Of a DNA stretch of 64,000 nt, positions 26,903 through 42,328 are shown piece after piece. The notes under the pieces were generated by a model that was given only the letters and a program-made list of their open reading frames with translations, was not told the DNA's origin and did no database searches. Made by a program: the position numbers and the translations under genes. Each line of letters starts with the position of its first letter. Position 1 is the stretch's first letter. Origin of the DNA: the human T2T-CHM13v2.0 reference genome, Homo sapiens; the NCBI RefSeq assembly GCF_009914755.1, contig NC_060926.1. One strand, written 5' to 3'.

Positions 26903-27718
26903 TAATACACATGGCAAGGTGAGTGAATGAAGCAATTCTCTTTGGCTTGTGGTAGATAGATGACAGTCAAGGATGACATTTAAGGCTCTGCTCTAGTTCA
27001 AGAAAGAGACTAATTATATGATGGTCTGAATTAAGGAATTTGTAGTGGGGTTGGAAACAAGAGCACTGCTGATTTCAGAGATACTTAAAAGTTTGAGTCC
27101 TCCAGATTTTGTTAATGTTAGAAGGTGTTAGAAGTTGAGTATGAGTCTAAGGTTCCTGGCTTGGCAATAGAATAATATATGCAAGTTTGGGAGAGAGAGA
27201 ATACTGAGTTTAATTTCAGATAAGTAATAATGCTTTTTAGGTAAGTAATGATACCACAATATCAGTTGGAAATACGGGTCTGGATCAGGAGCGTGGTCAG
27301 GATTATAGATATGATTTTGAAGGCATATATTTTGTAGCTGAAAATTATGAAAATAGATGAGTAATGCCCATAATATCTAAATGATAATGCGTTCAGAACA
27401 AAAAGTAACTGCCATTGCTGGTACTTAGTTCAAGAGTTTCATAATATTTACCTATTACCCATTGCCACCCCAAACTCTGTTACAAAAAATGTACAAAAAT
27501 ATTTGCTGCCAGAAAGCCAGAAATATTTGAGTGTCCTTGAAACACTGTACCAGTTGGGATCTTTCTTCCTGCCTTCGGAATCCTGGCTAGCCATCCAGTA
27601 CAACACAGGATTCTTAGGCAAATGCACTTCCTTATCCCTCAACTAGAGTTTCTTTTTGGAATCCATGTTTGCTTCTTTGGGCTGGTGAAGTGGTCTCTGA
27701 ACAGATACTGAATCCTGA

Positions 27719-28003
<285 letters not shown>

Positions 28004-28749
28004 TTTCACCTTCTTTAGTATCTATTCCAGAGCATCCCTAAGCAACTAGCACTTTGCCTCTTTGCCTCTTTACCTTTCCAGCCCCTTAGAGCAACTCAAA
28101 GAGGGAAAAATAAAAACAGCTTGAGAGAAGAGGCTGTAATCTTTTCAGTTCTCCCCCAAAGGTTCTGCTTTCTAAGCAAAGGATGGAGTTAATTTGTCAT
28201 AAAGATGAGGTGTCCAATTTCAGTAAAATAAATGTGTCTGTTAGGAGGAAGATCTTCAAGTGCTGAAGGGAATTTGGAAAGAATCTGACTTAGGTGGTGT
28301 TTAGCACTTAGTGGAAAAGATGAGTTTTGGGTTTGGTTTTAGAGGAGGTAGAAAGACAAGGCTGTGCAGAGAAAAGTAGGAATAACACTATTAGGAGTTG
28401 GGAAAAACAGTACCAAGAAAGTAATAGAACATTAAGGGTGGAGCAGCAGGGGGAAGTGAAGGACCTGGTGAACAAGATTTCCTATCTAAAATGCCTATTT
28501 TGAGTTGGGATTAATGAGAAATTTGGGTAGTTAGATGATTCAAGACTAAAATTTGGAATTGCAACTCCCTAAAGCACTGAGTAGAAAATTGAACATGAAC
28601 AGAGGATACTATAACATAATTTAAATAGCAATTTAGGACTTCAGTGACAACTGTTATAGTTTATGATGTTTGTAGCACTGATTACTTAATTTACATACTA
28701 TTTTAAAATCCCTTGTATCTTTTTGTTTTCTCCTTACATACTTCTATAA

Positions 28750-28922
28750 CAGCAATTCTTAAACTTTCCTAGACATGAGAATTACCTGGGGCTCTTTTTT
28801 AAAATACAGATTTCCAGTCTCCACCCCCCATGCTTGAATTCTGGTTCAGTAAAAGTTAAGGCAAGGGTTCAAGTGATTCTGATATATGTAGTCCTCAGAC
28901 CAAAGTTTAGGAGATACTGTTC
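28750..28922. mobile_element. MER5-type hAT MITE
   Basis: CAGCAATTCTTAAACTT...GAATTACCTGGGG...AAAATACAGATTTCC...GTGATTCTGAT. Confidence 0.55.
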
Positions 28923-28976
28923 TAGAGGGTGGGCAAAGAGTAAGGAGATAGAATTTCAGTTTTTGGTGGTTGTTTT

Positions 28977-29284
<308 letters not shown>

Positions 29285-31143
29285 TCCTTTAATTTTTTTA
29301 AAAAGTGGAAGTGTAATTTACATATAGTGAAATACACAGATATTAAGTGTATGTACAGTTGCATACACCAAATATCTTTAATAACCTTAAGAAATTTAAA
29401 TGTCCACTTGTGAAAAAAAACTCTAAGCAAACTAAATATAGAAGAGAACTTCTTCAGTCTGATAAAGGGCATCTATTAAAAACCTATAGCTAACATCATA
29501 TTCAGTGGTGAAAGACTGAGTTCTTTCTACACTAAAAAAGAAAATTTAAAGATCTAAATAGGGATATACCAGGTTCAAGATGTACCTAAGTTCAAGATTA
29601 GTTTTGACAATTAATACATCTTTGTAATTTATGATTTCTGTCATCCAGAAAGAGCCCCTGTGCTCTCTTCCCATTGAGTCCTTGCTGTTTCTCCTTTTCC
29701 GTGGCTGCAGTCACTGTTCTGATTTATTTCACTGAAGATTAACTTTGTTCTAGAATTTTTTATAAATGGAGTCATGCAGTATGTACTCTTTTGAGTCTGG
29801 CTTCTTTTTATCAGCATGTTTTTGAGGTTCATCCATGTTACATATAAGAATTGTTCCTTTTAGTTGTAGAGTAGTATTCCATTATATGAATATTATTATT
29901 GTGGGAAAGATTGTTTCCAGTTTTCAACTGTTAATGAATAAAGCTACCATGAACATTCTTGTATAAGTCTTTTTGTGACATGTTTTCTTTTCTCTTGGGT
30001 CAATACATGAAGTGGAATTGCTGGGTTTTAAAATAGGTCTATGTTTAGCATTATGAGAAACTTGCAGAACAATTTAATTTCTGAGGTAGTTTTCCCATTT
30101 TACATTCCCACTAGCAATCTATGAGAGTTCTGTTTCTTATTATCATCAATATTTGGTTTAGTCATCTTACTGGGATATCTCACTGTGGTTTGAATTTGCA
30201 TTTTCCTTGTGAGTATCGATGTCATGCATTTTGTCATGTGCTTATAGGCTATTTTGCATATCATCCTTAGTGATATGTCTGTTCAAGGCATTAACCAGTT
30301 ACCAATTTTATGTCATTTTACTGTTAAGTTTTAGGATTTGTATATTAATTGGATGCAACTTCTTTGACACATAAATGTGTTAGAGATTTTTCTTCCAGTC
30401 TGTGGCTTGACTGTTCATTGTTTTGGTGGCATCTTTTGATGAACAAAAGTTTTGAATTTAGTGGTCTATTTTATCAATATTTCCTCTTACGCTAGTGTTT
30501 TTCTGGGTCCTGTCTAAGAATCTTTGCCACCCCCACAGTTGTGAAGATATTATCCTGTTTTCTTCCAGATGCTTTATGGTGATAATTTTTGTGTATTGAG
30601 GTGATAATTTTGTGTATTGTGTATTGGTTAAGATTAGATTTTTGCCCCCATATAGATAGCTAATTGTTCCAACACAGTATACTTCCCTTTCCGCATTAAT
30701 TGCTTTGGCACCTTGTTAAAGCGCAGTTAATGGAGTAAGTGTGGATCTGTCTCTAAACTCTATTCTGTTCATCTGTTTGTCTTTCTGCCACTATGACACT
30801 GTCTTGATTTACCATAGCATTAAGTCTTGAAATAAGGTAATAGAACTTCTCCAGTTTAGTTCTTATTTTTCAAGATTGTTTAGACTTTTTTTAGGTATTG
30901 TACATTTGCACATAAATTTTGTAATCAGCTTATCAATATCTACAAAAAAGCCTTTTGGAATTTTTATTAGGGTTGCATTTGAATCTATGAATTGGAGAAA
31001 ATTAACATCTTAACATGAACATAATATAGCTCTATTTAGATCTTCTTTTTTAGTGTAGAGAGAACTCTTTCACCATTGTATATGTTAGCTATACATTTTT
31101 CATAGATGCCCTTTATCAGATTGAAGAAGTTCTCTTTGCTTAG

Positions 31144-31482
<339 letters not shown>

Positions 31483-31898
31483 TGTTCAGCTTTCTTAAAA
31501 AATGAGTCTGCACTATTGAGACGCTTATGTGGTATTTCTTCTTTATTCTATTAAGATGGTGAATTACATTGATTGGTATTTGATTATTAAACCAACCTTG
31601 CATTCTTGAGATAAACTTGGTTGAGATGTATTGTCGTTTTTTTGTTTTTGTTTTTGCTTTTTGTTTTGTTTCCTCTAGATTCAATGAGGGATTATTCTTG
31701 GTCTATAGTTTTTTGTTTGTTTTGGTATCAGAGTTATGCTGACTTTTTTTATGAATTAGGAGGTGTTTCCTCTTATTTTGTGGAAGAGTTTGGATAAAAT
31801 TGATGTTCTTCGTTAAATGTTTGATGGAATTTATCAATGAAGCCATCTGGACCTGTAGTTTTCTTTGTGGAAAGTTCTTAATTAAGGAATTTAATTTA

Positions 31899-32205
<307 letters not shown>

Positions 32206-33452
32206 TGTAAGACTACTCAGATTTTCTTTTTCTTTTTTATGTCTGTTTTGGTAATTTGCATTTTGGAGAATCTGTTGAATTTATCAGCATGAAAATAAAT
32301 TATAAATTTTATGAAACAATATTTCCTTTTTATGTCAGTAGGATCTATTCCTTCTTTTATTCTTGAGATTGGATGTCTTTTTCCTTTTTTCCCCTTGATT
32401 AATCTAACTTGAGAAAGGAATATCAATTTCATAAATCCTTTCAAAGAACCAACTTTTGACATTGCTTTTTCTCTGTGGTTTATCTGTTTTCTGTTTCATG
32501 ATTTGAGCTCTTTAATTCCTTCCCTTCTCCTTACTTTGGGTTTAATTTGCTCTTTTTTCCCTAGTTTTAAGTGAAAGCTTAGATCATTGATTTTCGAAAC
32601 TCCTTTTAAAAAACAATTATTAACATTTAAAGCTATAAGTTTCCCTGTAAGCATTCTTTAGCTGCATCCCACAGATATTGATATGATTTAATTATTATTC
32701 CATTCAAAATATTTTTAAATTCCTCTTGGAATTTATTTGACCCATGGGTTGTTTGAAAGAATGTTTCCAAATAATTTTCAAATATTTGGTATTTTTCAGG
32801 TATCCTTTTGTTACTGTGTTTTCATTTAATGCCGTGGTGATCAGAGAACATACATACTCTTAATAACTTCAACCAATATAAACTTTTTGATTGTTTTATG
32901 GCCCAACATATGGTATGTCTTGGTGAACGTTCAATGTATACTTGAAAAGAATGGTTATTTTCCTGTTACTAGGTGGGGTGTTCTATAGATGCCAATTAGG
33001 TTAGTCTGATCTTCTTATATCTTACATCTTTACTGATTTTCTGTCTGTGGTTCTGTCAACTATTGTGAGAGGAGGGTTGAAGTTTCCAACTGCAGTTTTG
33101 GATTTGTCTGTTTCTTCTTTCAGTTCCAATAAGTTTTGTTTCCTATTTCAAGCATAGTTTACAGCATTGTTGAGTGCATGCACATTGGAGATTAAGTGTT
33201 GTTGATGAATTGACCCCTCTGTCATCATGAAATGGTCCCCTTTATCCCAGGTAGTTTCCGTTGTTCTGAAGTCTCTGTCTGATACAAACTTTTCTTTTGA
33301 TTAGTATTTACATGATATATCTTTTTCATCCTTTTACTTTTAACCTATTTATATCATTATACTTGAAGTGGATTTCTTGTAGAGAATGTGTAGTTGGGTC
33401 TCACTTTTTTTATCTAGTCTGATAATCTCTCCTTTAATTGATGTGTTTAGAT

Positions 33453-33554
33453 CAGGGTTGGCAAACTATGGCTGGCAGGTTAAATCTGGCCTGCCACCTG
33501 TTTATGTAAATAAAATTTTATTGGAACACAGCCATGCCCCCATGCCAACCAGTG
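33453..33554 (+). mobile_element. Internally deleted MER58A hAT MITE
   Basis: TIRs CAGGGTTGGCA / TGCCAACCAGTG. 8-bp TSD GTTTAGAT / GTTTAGAC. Confidence 0.8.
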
Positions 33555-33949
33555 GTTTAGACCATTTGCACTTAATGTAATTTTGATATAGTTGAATGAA
33601 ACTGTGCCATCTTACTATTTGTTTTCTGTTGGCTGGTGTTGTTTCTTTTTTCCTTGATTATCTGCCTGTTTTTGGATGGATTATTTTTTATGATTCTATT
33701 TTATCTTTCCTGTTGGTTTGTAACTTAGATCTCTTTCAATTTTTTTTTATTGGCGGCCTTAATTAGTTAATCGTGATTTGCCTTCAACTAATATTTTACC
33801 ACTTAATGTGTAGTTCAAGAATCATAATAGTTACTTCCATTTCTTCTTTTCCATATTTCGTGCTTTTGTTGTCATGCATTTTGAGTTGAAGTGTTCTTTC
33901 TGCTTTGTCAGGCAGTTACCTTTTCAAGCAATTAAAAGTGACAAAAATA

Positions 33950-34243
33950 CTGTAATCCCAGCACTTTGGGAGGCTGAGGTGGGTGGATTGCTTGAACCCA
34001 GGAGTTCAAGACCAGCCTGAGCAACATAGTAGGACACAGTATCTATAAAAAAATAACAAAAATTAGCCAGACATGGTGGCTCGTGCCTGTAATTCCAGCT
34101 ACTCTGGAAGCTTAGGTGGGAGGTATTGCTTGAGCCTGGGCTGTCGAGGCTGCAGTGAGCCTAGATCATGCCACTGTGCTTGAGCCTGGGTGACAGAGAG
34201 TAACACCCTGTCAAAAAAAAAAAAAGAAAAGAAAAAAGAAAAA
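33950..34243 (+). mobile_element. Alu (AluJ-like), 5'-truncated
   Basis: Starts at CTGTAATCCCAGC. A-rich tail. Confidence 0.93.
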
Positions 34244-35304
34244 TGTCTTTAATATTTACCTTCATTTAACCATTTTTTAGATCTTTATTTCTTTGTATCC
34301 ATCCAAGTTTGTGTCTAGTATATTCCCTTTGCTTAAAAAACTTCCTGTTACATTTCCTGTAGTTCAACATTCCTCTCATTTTGTTTTCACTTTTGAAAGT
34401 TGTTGGTGTGGATATGGAATTCTAGGTTTTTAGGATCCCCTCCGCCCACCATCTTAAAGATATTCCACTATCTTCTTGTTTGTATAGTTTCTGACAAGAA
34501 GTTTGTTGTAATTCTTGTATTTGTTTCTCTGTATATAATATGTTTTTTTCCTTTGGCTGCTTTTAAGATTTCGTTTGTATCACTGATTGACAGCAACTTT
34601 ATTATGTTGAGCCTTTGTGTGGCTTTTTGGAAGTTTATTGAGTTTCGTGGATCTGTGGGTGTATTGTATTCATCACATTTGTAAAATTTTTAGCCATCTA
34701 TCTTGAAGTTTTTTTTCTTCTCAGGTGTCTTTCTCCTACAGACTCTAATCCCACATATGTTCAACCACTTAATATTAACTTGCAGTTTACTGAGGCCCTG
34801 TCCATTTTTCTTCCAATCTGTTTCTTTTTCCTTTAGTTTGGAAATTTTCTGCTGCCCTGTCTTCAGGGTAACTGATTTTTTTGTTAATAGCCTCTTTGTC
34901 TAATTTGCTGTTATGCCTGTCCAGTCAATTTTTCATGTCAGACACCCCCCCTTTTTTTTTTTTTAGTTCTAGAAGTTCTCTTACATATGTTTGGTTTCCA
35001 CTTCTCTATGAGGTATTTCCTTTTTTCTTCATTGTGTTGATGTTTTTCTTTAGGTCTTTAAACTCTTTTCTAATAGCTGTTATAAGGTCTTTTACTCAAA
35101 TGTCCTTTACTTACCCCAGCCATTTCTTGGTCCTTATTGTAGTTTATTATTTATTTTTCATAGGCCTGGTAATTTTTAATGGATTTCATGATGTTGAGTG
35201 TCTTCATTTTTTTTTTTTTTTTTTTTTTTTTTTTGCATATAGTGTTTCTTGATTGTTGAGTTTTGTCCTGGCAGGCAGTTTATTTATGGATCAACTTTTA
35301 AACA

Positions 35305-35613
35305 TTTTTATTTAATTAACTAATTAATTAATTAAGACAGGGCTTCACTTTTTCACCCCAGCTAGAGTGCAGTGGTGCAAACATGGCGCACTGCAGCCTT
35401 GAATTCCTGGGCTCAAGACATCCTCCTGCTTTAGCTTGCTGTGTAGCTGGAACCATAGGTGCACACCACCACACCCAGCTAATATTTTGACTTTTTTGTG
35501 CAGATAGGGCCTCTCTATGTTGCTCAGGCTAGTCTTGAACTTCTATCAAGCAGTCCTTCTGCCCCAGCCTCCCCAAATGCTGGGATTACAGGCATGAGCT
35601 ACTGTGCTTGGCC
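35305..35613 (-). mobile_element. Alu (AluJ-like)
   Basis: Diverged dimer with (TAAT)n tail. TSD TTTATG(G/A)ATCAACTT. Confidence 0.9.
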
Positions 35614-36933
35614 AATTTTATGAATCAACTTGAACTTTCAAGTTTTGTTTTCAGGGTTTTTTGTTTGGGGAATTTTTGTTTGTTTCCAGACAGATACGGA
35701 ATAGCTTTTAGTTTAGGGCCTGTTTGGGCCCACCACTGAGGTGTGCACTTTTTTGTGTCTCCTTTAATTTCCCCATGTATTCATCAAGGTTTATTCATCC
35801 CAGCTGGTTATTGATCCTGGCCCTGTGTGAACTCTAAATCGTTGGAGAGTGTCCCAGTATTTGTTATTTTCTTGGACGGTTTTCTTTGTGTAGCCTCATG
35901 GAGTTACACACCACATGTATGCAGATTGGTATTTGGCCAGAAACTCGAGAAGACCCCTTTTGCGTGTTTTTGGAGCACTTTCTCTGTGTAACTTCTTCCT
36001 TTGTGGTTCGATGCCCTGCAAATTCTAGCTGTCTCAGACTTTACAAATTCTGAGCTCTGTCACGTCAGCTTAGTGAGACTACTGACTCTATTTGGCTTCC
36101 TCTCCCTGTGTTTTGGTTCTAGGCAGAAAGCTGGAGCAATCACAGGGCTCCCCTTGCTTGTTTTCCTTCTTTAGGGGATCATGTTTTCATATTGCCTCTT
36201 ATCTCGTGTGAAAACTATTGTTTGGTATTTTGTCTAGTTTTCTACTTGTTTCTAACTGCAGGACAATTCTAGACTTTGCTTCTGGCTCATGACTAGAATT
36301 CAGAAGTCTTCTGCCTTCATTTTTTAAGGATATTCATGCCAGATAAACAATTTCGGGTTAACGGTTTTTTTTTCTTTCAACATTTTAAGGTCATCATTTC
36401 GTAATCTTCCGGTTTATATTATTTCTGATGAGAAGTCAGTGGTATTTCTTATAATTGCTCACTTAATGCAGTATGTATTTTTTTCTCATCCCACTGCTCT
36501 AAAGATTTCTCTTTTTATCTTTGGTTTTATGCAATTTTGTAAATTTTAGGGTTAGGTTACCTCTAATATAGAGGCATGCCTTTTCAGAGTCTGTGTTGAA
36601 AGCATGGGGTATTCAACAAGGTCTTTTCACTCTAGCTTAGCTGCTAGGAATTTTAATGTCTCCCGGACCTGTGCTTACAAGCTTAGGTAGTTGTTTGGTT
36701 CATACTGTTTAGTTGCTCTTTCCCTAGATGTTATTCTTTCACTGGTCTGATGGAGTATTGCGTGCACATGTGCAGCTTAGTCTCTAGGCAAAGATTCCGG
36801 AGATCTCTCTAAAGATTTCTGAAACTTTGTCTCCACAGCTCCCTTCTTCTAGTTTTGCTGCTCAAATTCCAGCAACCTTAGTAGCCTCAAACTTCAAGCT
36901 CTATTTCCTCAACTCAGTGAGATTCTTGTGTTT

Positions 36934-36954
36934 TGTGTGTGTGTGTGTGTGTGT
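36934..36954. repeat. (TG)n microsatellite
   Basis: About 10 TG units. Confidence 0.9.
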
Positions 36955-37679
36955 TTCCCCTGTATGGGGTATAAGCAGAAAGCCAGGGCATTTGTGAGTC
37001 TTTGTTTCTCTTTTCTCAGGAATCACAATCCTGTGCTGCCTCTTGTCCAATATCTGAAAATAATATTTCATGTATATTGCCGAGTTTTATAGTTGTTTAC
37101 CGAAGATCTAGCCCAATACAGTTTACTCCATCATAATTGAAAGTGGAAGTTTAGGAGTTTACTTTTTCTTCTTTTTAAAAACTCTTTACAGTTTTTGGTA
37201 TATTATACTTTTTAGACTATGGCTTTATTTTTAAAAATCATGTCAGCTCATATTTTAATTTTCAAGTGATACAGAGAGTTACAGAAGAAATTTTTTAAAA
37301 AAGGAAAAATAACTCAATATCCCCAAACCCAAAGTTTACCAGTTATATGAACATCATTTTGGGTATCTTTTATTGCACATCTACTCAGAAGGATAATTAT
37401 TTTATTTTTAAAATGCCATTCATACTATTTCTGATATAAGGCATTTAAGTTTAATTAACAGAGCTAAATTTGTTAAATAAAAGCAATATGGGAAAAACTG
37501 CTCAACCACAGATAAATATTTACTACCAGAGATAATACTTTCTAAAAGATTTTTCTCTAGGCTTAAGAAATAAGATTACAGAAAAAGCCGAAGAGCTTAG
37601 AGTTATGATATCAATAATTGTGTGCTCCAATAGGTCTCTCACATAGAAAAGAATAAAGTATTGGCAAATATCTTGCTGG

Positions 37680-38050
37680 TAGGAACATACAGTGATACAG
37701 CTTTCTAAATGGCAGTTTGGCAATATTCAGAATCCTTAAAATGTTCATACCCTTTGCCCAAGTTTAATTTTTAGGAATTTATTATAAGGAAATAAGAGAT
37801 GCACACAAATGTGTATGTTACTTATTCATTACAATGGTATTTATAATGTTGAAAAATTGGAAGCCTCAAATGATTAGGTTATGCTATAGTTGTGTAACCA
37901 AATACCATAAAACTATTACAAATCATGTTCTTTAAAATTTTTATTTAGTGTACTGTTCTGATTATAATAAAAATAACTGGCAGGAGATGGAAAATTAAGA
38001 GCTTTTGGATTTTGAGGGTTATAAGAAACTGTTCACAATATAGTGAATGA
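37680..38050 (+). mobile_element. Old L1 (L1ME-type) 3' fragment
   Basis: GGCAGTTTGGCAATA...AAAATGTTCATACCCTTTGCCC...AAAAATTGGAA. Confidence 0.6.
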
Positions 38051-41000
38051 TAAAAGCAGGATGATACATGTCCAATCCTTTTTTCCATTTTTGCAGATAC
38101 TTTAGCTTGAGCTTTGTTGAGCTTTATAACTAGATTTAATGAAAGGAACACTTATTCTTACACTGTACGTGTAATATGTATCCTAAACTTTTTCCAAACT
38201 AAGGCAGTCTCTCATGTTTCATAGTTTAAAATTATGAGTTTCTATCAAACAGTTCTTTATGCACTTGAATAAATTTAATATTACTATCTTTCCTTTTTTC
38301 TTTTTTTCTAGAGCTGGTTTTAAAGAAGTTTTGATCTTGCTTTCTCAGCCAGTGTTCCTGCCCACTTCCTTGCAGGTGTGGATGTCCTTATGTTAAAGAA
38401 AGAATGGACGTCATAGTCTTCGTTTTCTCAGTAAAATATTATGTTTGACGTCTGTATCCCTGGCATCTTAAGCATATGGACCTGGTGCTCTTTAGGAACT
38501 CACTGTAGTGACTCAGCTCCACATATTTTGCTATATATAGAACATGTTGGAAACCCATAGCAGAAAATTAATAATTAAAAGTCAAAGCATTGTTGTGGTG
38601 AATGAACAAAGAAATAGGTGTGTCCTTCAGGGAAGCATCATTCATACCAGACCTGAAAGAAGAATGACCTTAACCTAAGTGGTCTAGAGGCTATTCCTCG
38701 GCAGTCGCAGATCCAGAAACTCAGTTTGGTCAGGGCACTGATTCTATTCTAAACAGATTTATGGAAAACTGATAAAGAAAGCAAAGGTAATTTAAAAAAT
38801 TTATATTAAGAAACAATATCAAGCTATGATAGTCTGATGGCCCACCTTTTCATTGTAGGGTTATATCTGCTGAAAGGATGTGAGTGATTGGGTTCACTGA
38901 TCAGAGCATGTTGTTCTGAAGTCTTATTATTTAACCTGAGTCTCAATGTTCTCATCATTAAAACTGTGATAAAAACTTGTACCTCATAGGATTATTGTGA
39001 GAACTAAAGATAATCCAAGTAAAGTGATTAGTACAATTCCTTGCACATCCTTGCTGTTCAGTAATTAAGATTGTTTTCTTGTACATCTGAATTTGAAGTC
39101 TTGAACTTAAAGGTTCACTTGATCTTGATTCCTGCAGACATTGCTGGGAACTGTACTGCTCTTGGTGTCATAGGATACTAACATTACTTCATTTACAAGA
39201 ATATTTTTGTTCTGAATGGTAAAACTTTAATAACAAACTGTGATGAGTTTTTGCATAGATTATGTCTTACTGTGAGATCTGGCTATTTTACTACTTTGTG
39301 TCTATGGTAAGAATCTCTTAAAGAATTCAGCAGTATTTGCTTTTCCAATTTGGCATTTCTAAAACAGCTTGGTATTTTTTATAAAACCAGAAGTAAAATC
39401 CAGGTAGCAAATTTAGTAAGCTGTTTTTACTAATAACTGATAAATTTGTAAGATTAGTGTTCTGTGGTTAGTGTTTGTAATTCATTGTATTTGTAGATTG
39501 TGGTATTGTAAGGGATCTGGTCCAATTCCCTGTTTTTCAGATGAGTTTACAGAGAACCAGAGTGAAACTAAGCTAGACAGCTGATGCATCATAGGGGGTC
39601 CCTGGGACTGTGAGGTACCAGTGCAGCTGGGTGCAGGACAGTGAGGCCCTTAATATAAGTGTGTGTACTCTGGAGGAGGCAAGGAGAGGAGCCAAGTCTT
39701 CCTTTTGGGTGTCAGCATCCTTTCTTTCACACGGTTCTGAGAAAGCAGTATTGAATTAAGCAGCAAGCTTGCTGTCCCGAGGTGCAGACATCCTGAGTGA
39801 GTCCGTTCTGCTCCTGCCTGCTCCTGCTTTCTTGATTAGTCAAATCGAAATCAGAGGTGAATGAACAAATGCCCTTTTTGTGTCAGGTGTCATGTCTACT
39901 ACCTAGACATTACAGCAGTTGAGACTTATCTAAGAGCATTTTCATGGCAGAGCTGAGACTCCTTTGTATTGCAGTGCCTCTCTACTTTAAATGAATTTAT
40001 TTTCTCTTCCATGGAAGAGATTTATATGGGAGACTTATTAAAGAATGTTTTGACATCTATTTAGATGTTATTCCCTAACTGTACTCCATAGTACTTTATT
40101 ATGCACAGTCTTGGTGTCTAATTATCTCAGATCTGCATTGTCTCCTTTGCCAAGTCTCTGAGGCCCTGTATCATTTTGATCTCTCTTTTGTATGACCCTT
40201 AGGGCATGGGATATTTTAAGCATTCAATAATTAACTTGACTAGTAGGTAAATATTTGTTATCAGTTTTTTAATTGCACCAAATTTTACATTTTAGCATAA
40301 TGGAAAACATGAAGAGCTGGATTTGCTACTTAAAGCTCATATCCTCAGAAGGTTTAAGATAGAGAAGTTATCTAGTGCTGTTGTCATTTAAAAGGAGCCT
40401 AGTGCTTCCACATTAGACTTATATTTAATACGTTAAGAATTAAAATTAGGAAGAGTGAGATAGGTCACTTACTTAAATAGTTTTTAGTCATCTGGTTAGT
40501 CTACTAACTTTTATGGCATCATCCCAAAATATATGTAGTTACAAATAATGAATAGCTGTCTTCTTTGAATTATAATCCTCTGTGTGTTTTGTTGTACTGA
40601 TTTGCTGTGGGTTTATCTTGGAGGAAAAAGAAATATTTCATGCCTTCTTAGGATGGTTTTACAGAGGGGTGCAACTGTGACCAGTCTAAGTACTTGATCC
40701 CAGTCCGCATTCAAAGTGCATGTTTTTGGTGTCAGAGGGAATTAGGTGAAAAAAATATGGATAGATTAGTATAAATCTGTAACTGCTATTAGAAAAAACA
40801 GGCACATTCCATATTAATAATGGACAGTATTGTCATTTCTATTTCAAGGACCCAATGAATATCTAGTATGAATATATAATCTTTATTTAAACTTCTATTT
40901 GATTGTATATACTCTGTTTGCTTTGTCTTAAATTCTCTTTTTTACATGGTGATATTAAATATTTGTGTTTAGTTGATATTAAGTGTTAATAGCCTCTATG

Positions 41001-42073
41001 GGTGGTTGAAAGATATGCTTGTTTCTCAGTCTAGAGTTTATACCCATGTCATATCTTTGTAAGTAATTTTTTAAAGTCTCCTTCCAGCTGTCTTCATTCT
41101 CCTGTTTCACTGATGCACACATGCTCAAAGGATTTAAGACATTTTGTATACATTTGCCAGTCAAGGGGGAAAAAATCTGTCAACCACGTCTCCAGAGTCT
41201 GCTTTTTCAATTAGTCTGTCATTCACATTTAACTTGAGGTATATGTAGGCCAGTAGGTTAGATTAGTGAGTATATTCAAGCTGGCTTCTTTTATTCATCG
41301 TAATGTCTTTGAAAATCAGCCAGGTTGTTGTATGTATCAATGGTTGATTCCATTTTGTTGCTCAAGAGTATTCCTTTGTATAGCTGCACTAACAGTTTGT
41401 TTATCCATTCACCTGTTGAAGGACATATGGGTTATTTCCAGTTTGGAGCAATTGTGAATAGAACTGTTATAAACATTTATATATGGGTTTTTGTGTGAAC
41501 ACAGTTTTCATTTCTCTAGGATAAATACCAAGGGTTGGGATTGCTGGGTCATATGGCATATGTATGTTTAACTTTATCAAGAGTTGCCAAACTGTTTTCA
41601 AGAATAGCTGAAAACAGCCCCACTCACAATGTTATGAGAGTTCTAGTTGCTTTGCATCCTTGTCAGCATTTTGTGTTACCACCACTTTTTATTTTATTTG
41701 TTCTTATGTCATTTTGGCTTTAATTTGGATTTCTCTAATGTCTAATAACGTTGAATATTTTTATGTACTCAGTTGCCTTCCATCTGTTCTTTTCAGTGAA
41801 CTCTGTTCAAGTCTTTTGCCCATTTTTAATGGCTGTTATATGCTTTCTTAATGTTGAATTTTGAGAGTTCCTTACATATCCAGGATACAGATCCTGTGTC
41901 AGATATGTCATTTGCCAATATTTTCTCCCAGTCTATACTTTGCTTTTCATACTCTTCACATTGTCTTTCATGGAACAAAAGTTTTTAATTTGGTGAAGTC
42001 CAGTTCATAATTTTTTTTTCTTTTATGGGTGGTACTTTCGGTGTCATGTCTAAAAATTCTTTGCTTCACTCCA

Positions 42074-42328
42074 TGTCCCAATGATTTTATCTCATGTTCT
42101 GAAAGTTTTATAGGTTTGCATTCTACAAAACATTAGATCTGTGATCCATTTTGAGTTATTGTGTAAGGTCTTCTGAAGTTTAGGTTAAGGTTCATGTATT
42201 TTGTCACAATGATTTTATCTCATGTTCTGAAAGTTTTATAGGTTTGCATTCTACAAAACATTAGATCTGTGATCCATTTTGAGTTATTGTATAAGGTGTG
42301 AAGTTTAGGTTAAGGTTCATGTATTTTG
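42074..42328. repeat. Tandem duplication, 2 copies of ~128 bp
   Basis: CAATGATTTTATCTCATGTTCTGAAAG... begins at 42079 and 42207. Copies are near-identical. Confidence 0.95.

Noticed and set aside
38281-38381. Strong polypyrimidine/TAG acceptor at 38311 with a possible 64-nt exon
   Set aside because: The nearest donor (CAG|GTGTGG) is weak, and such tracts are frequent in T-rich introns.
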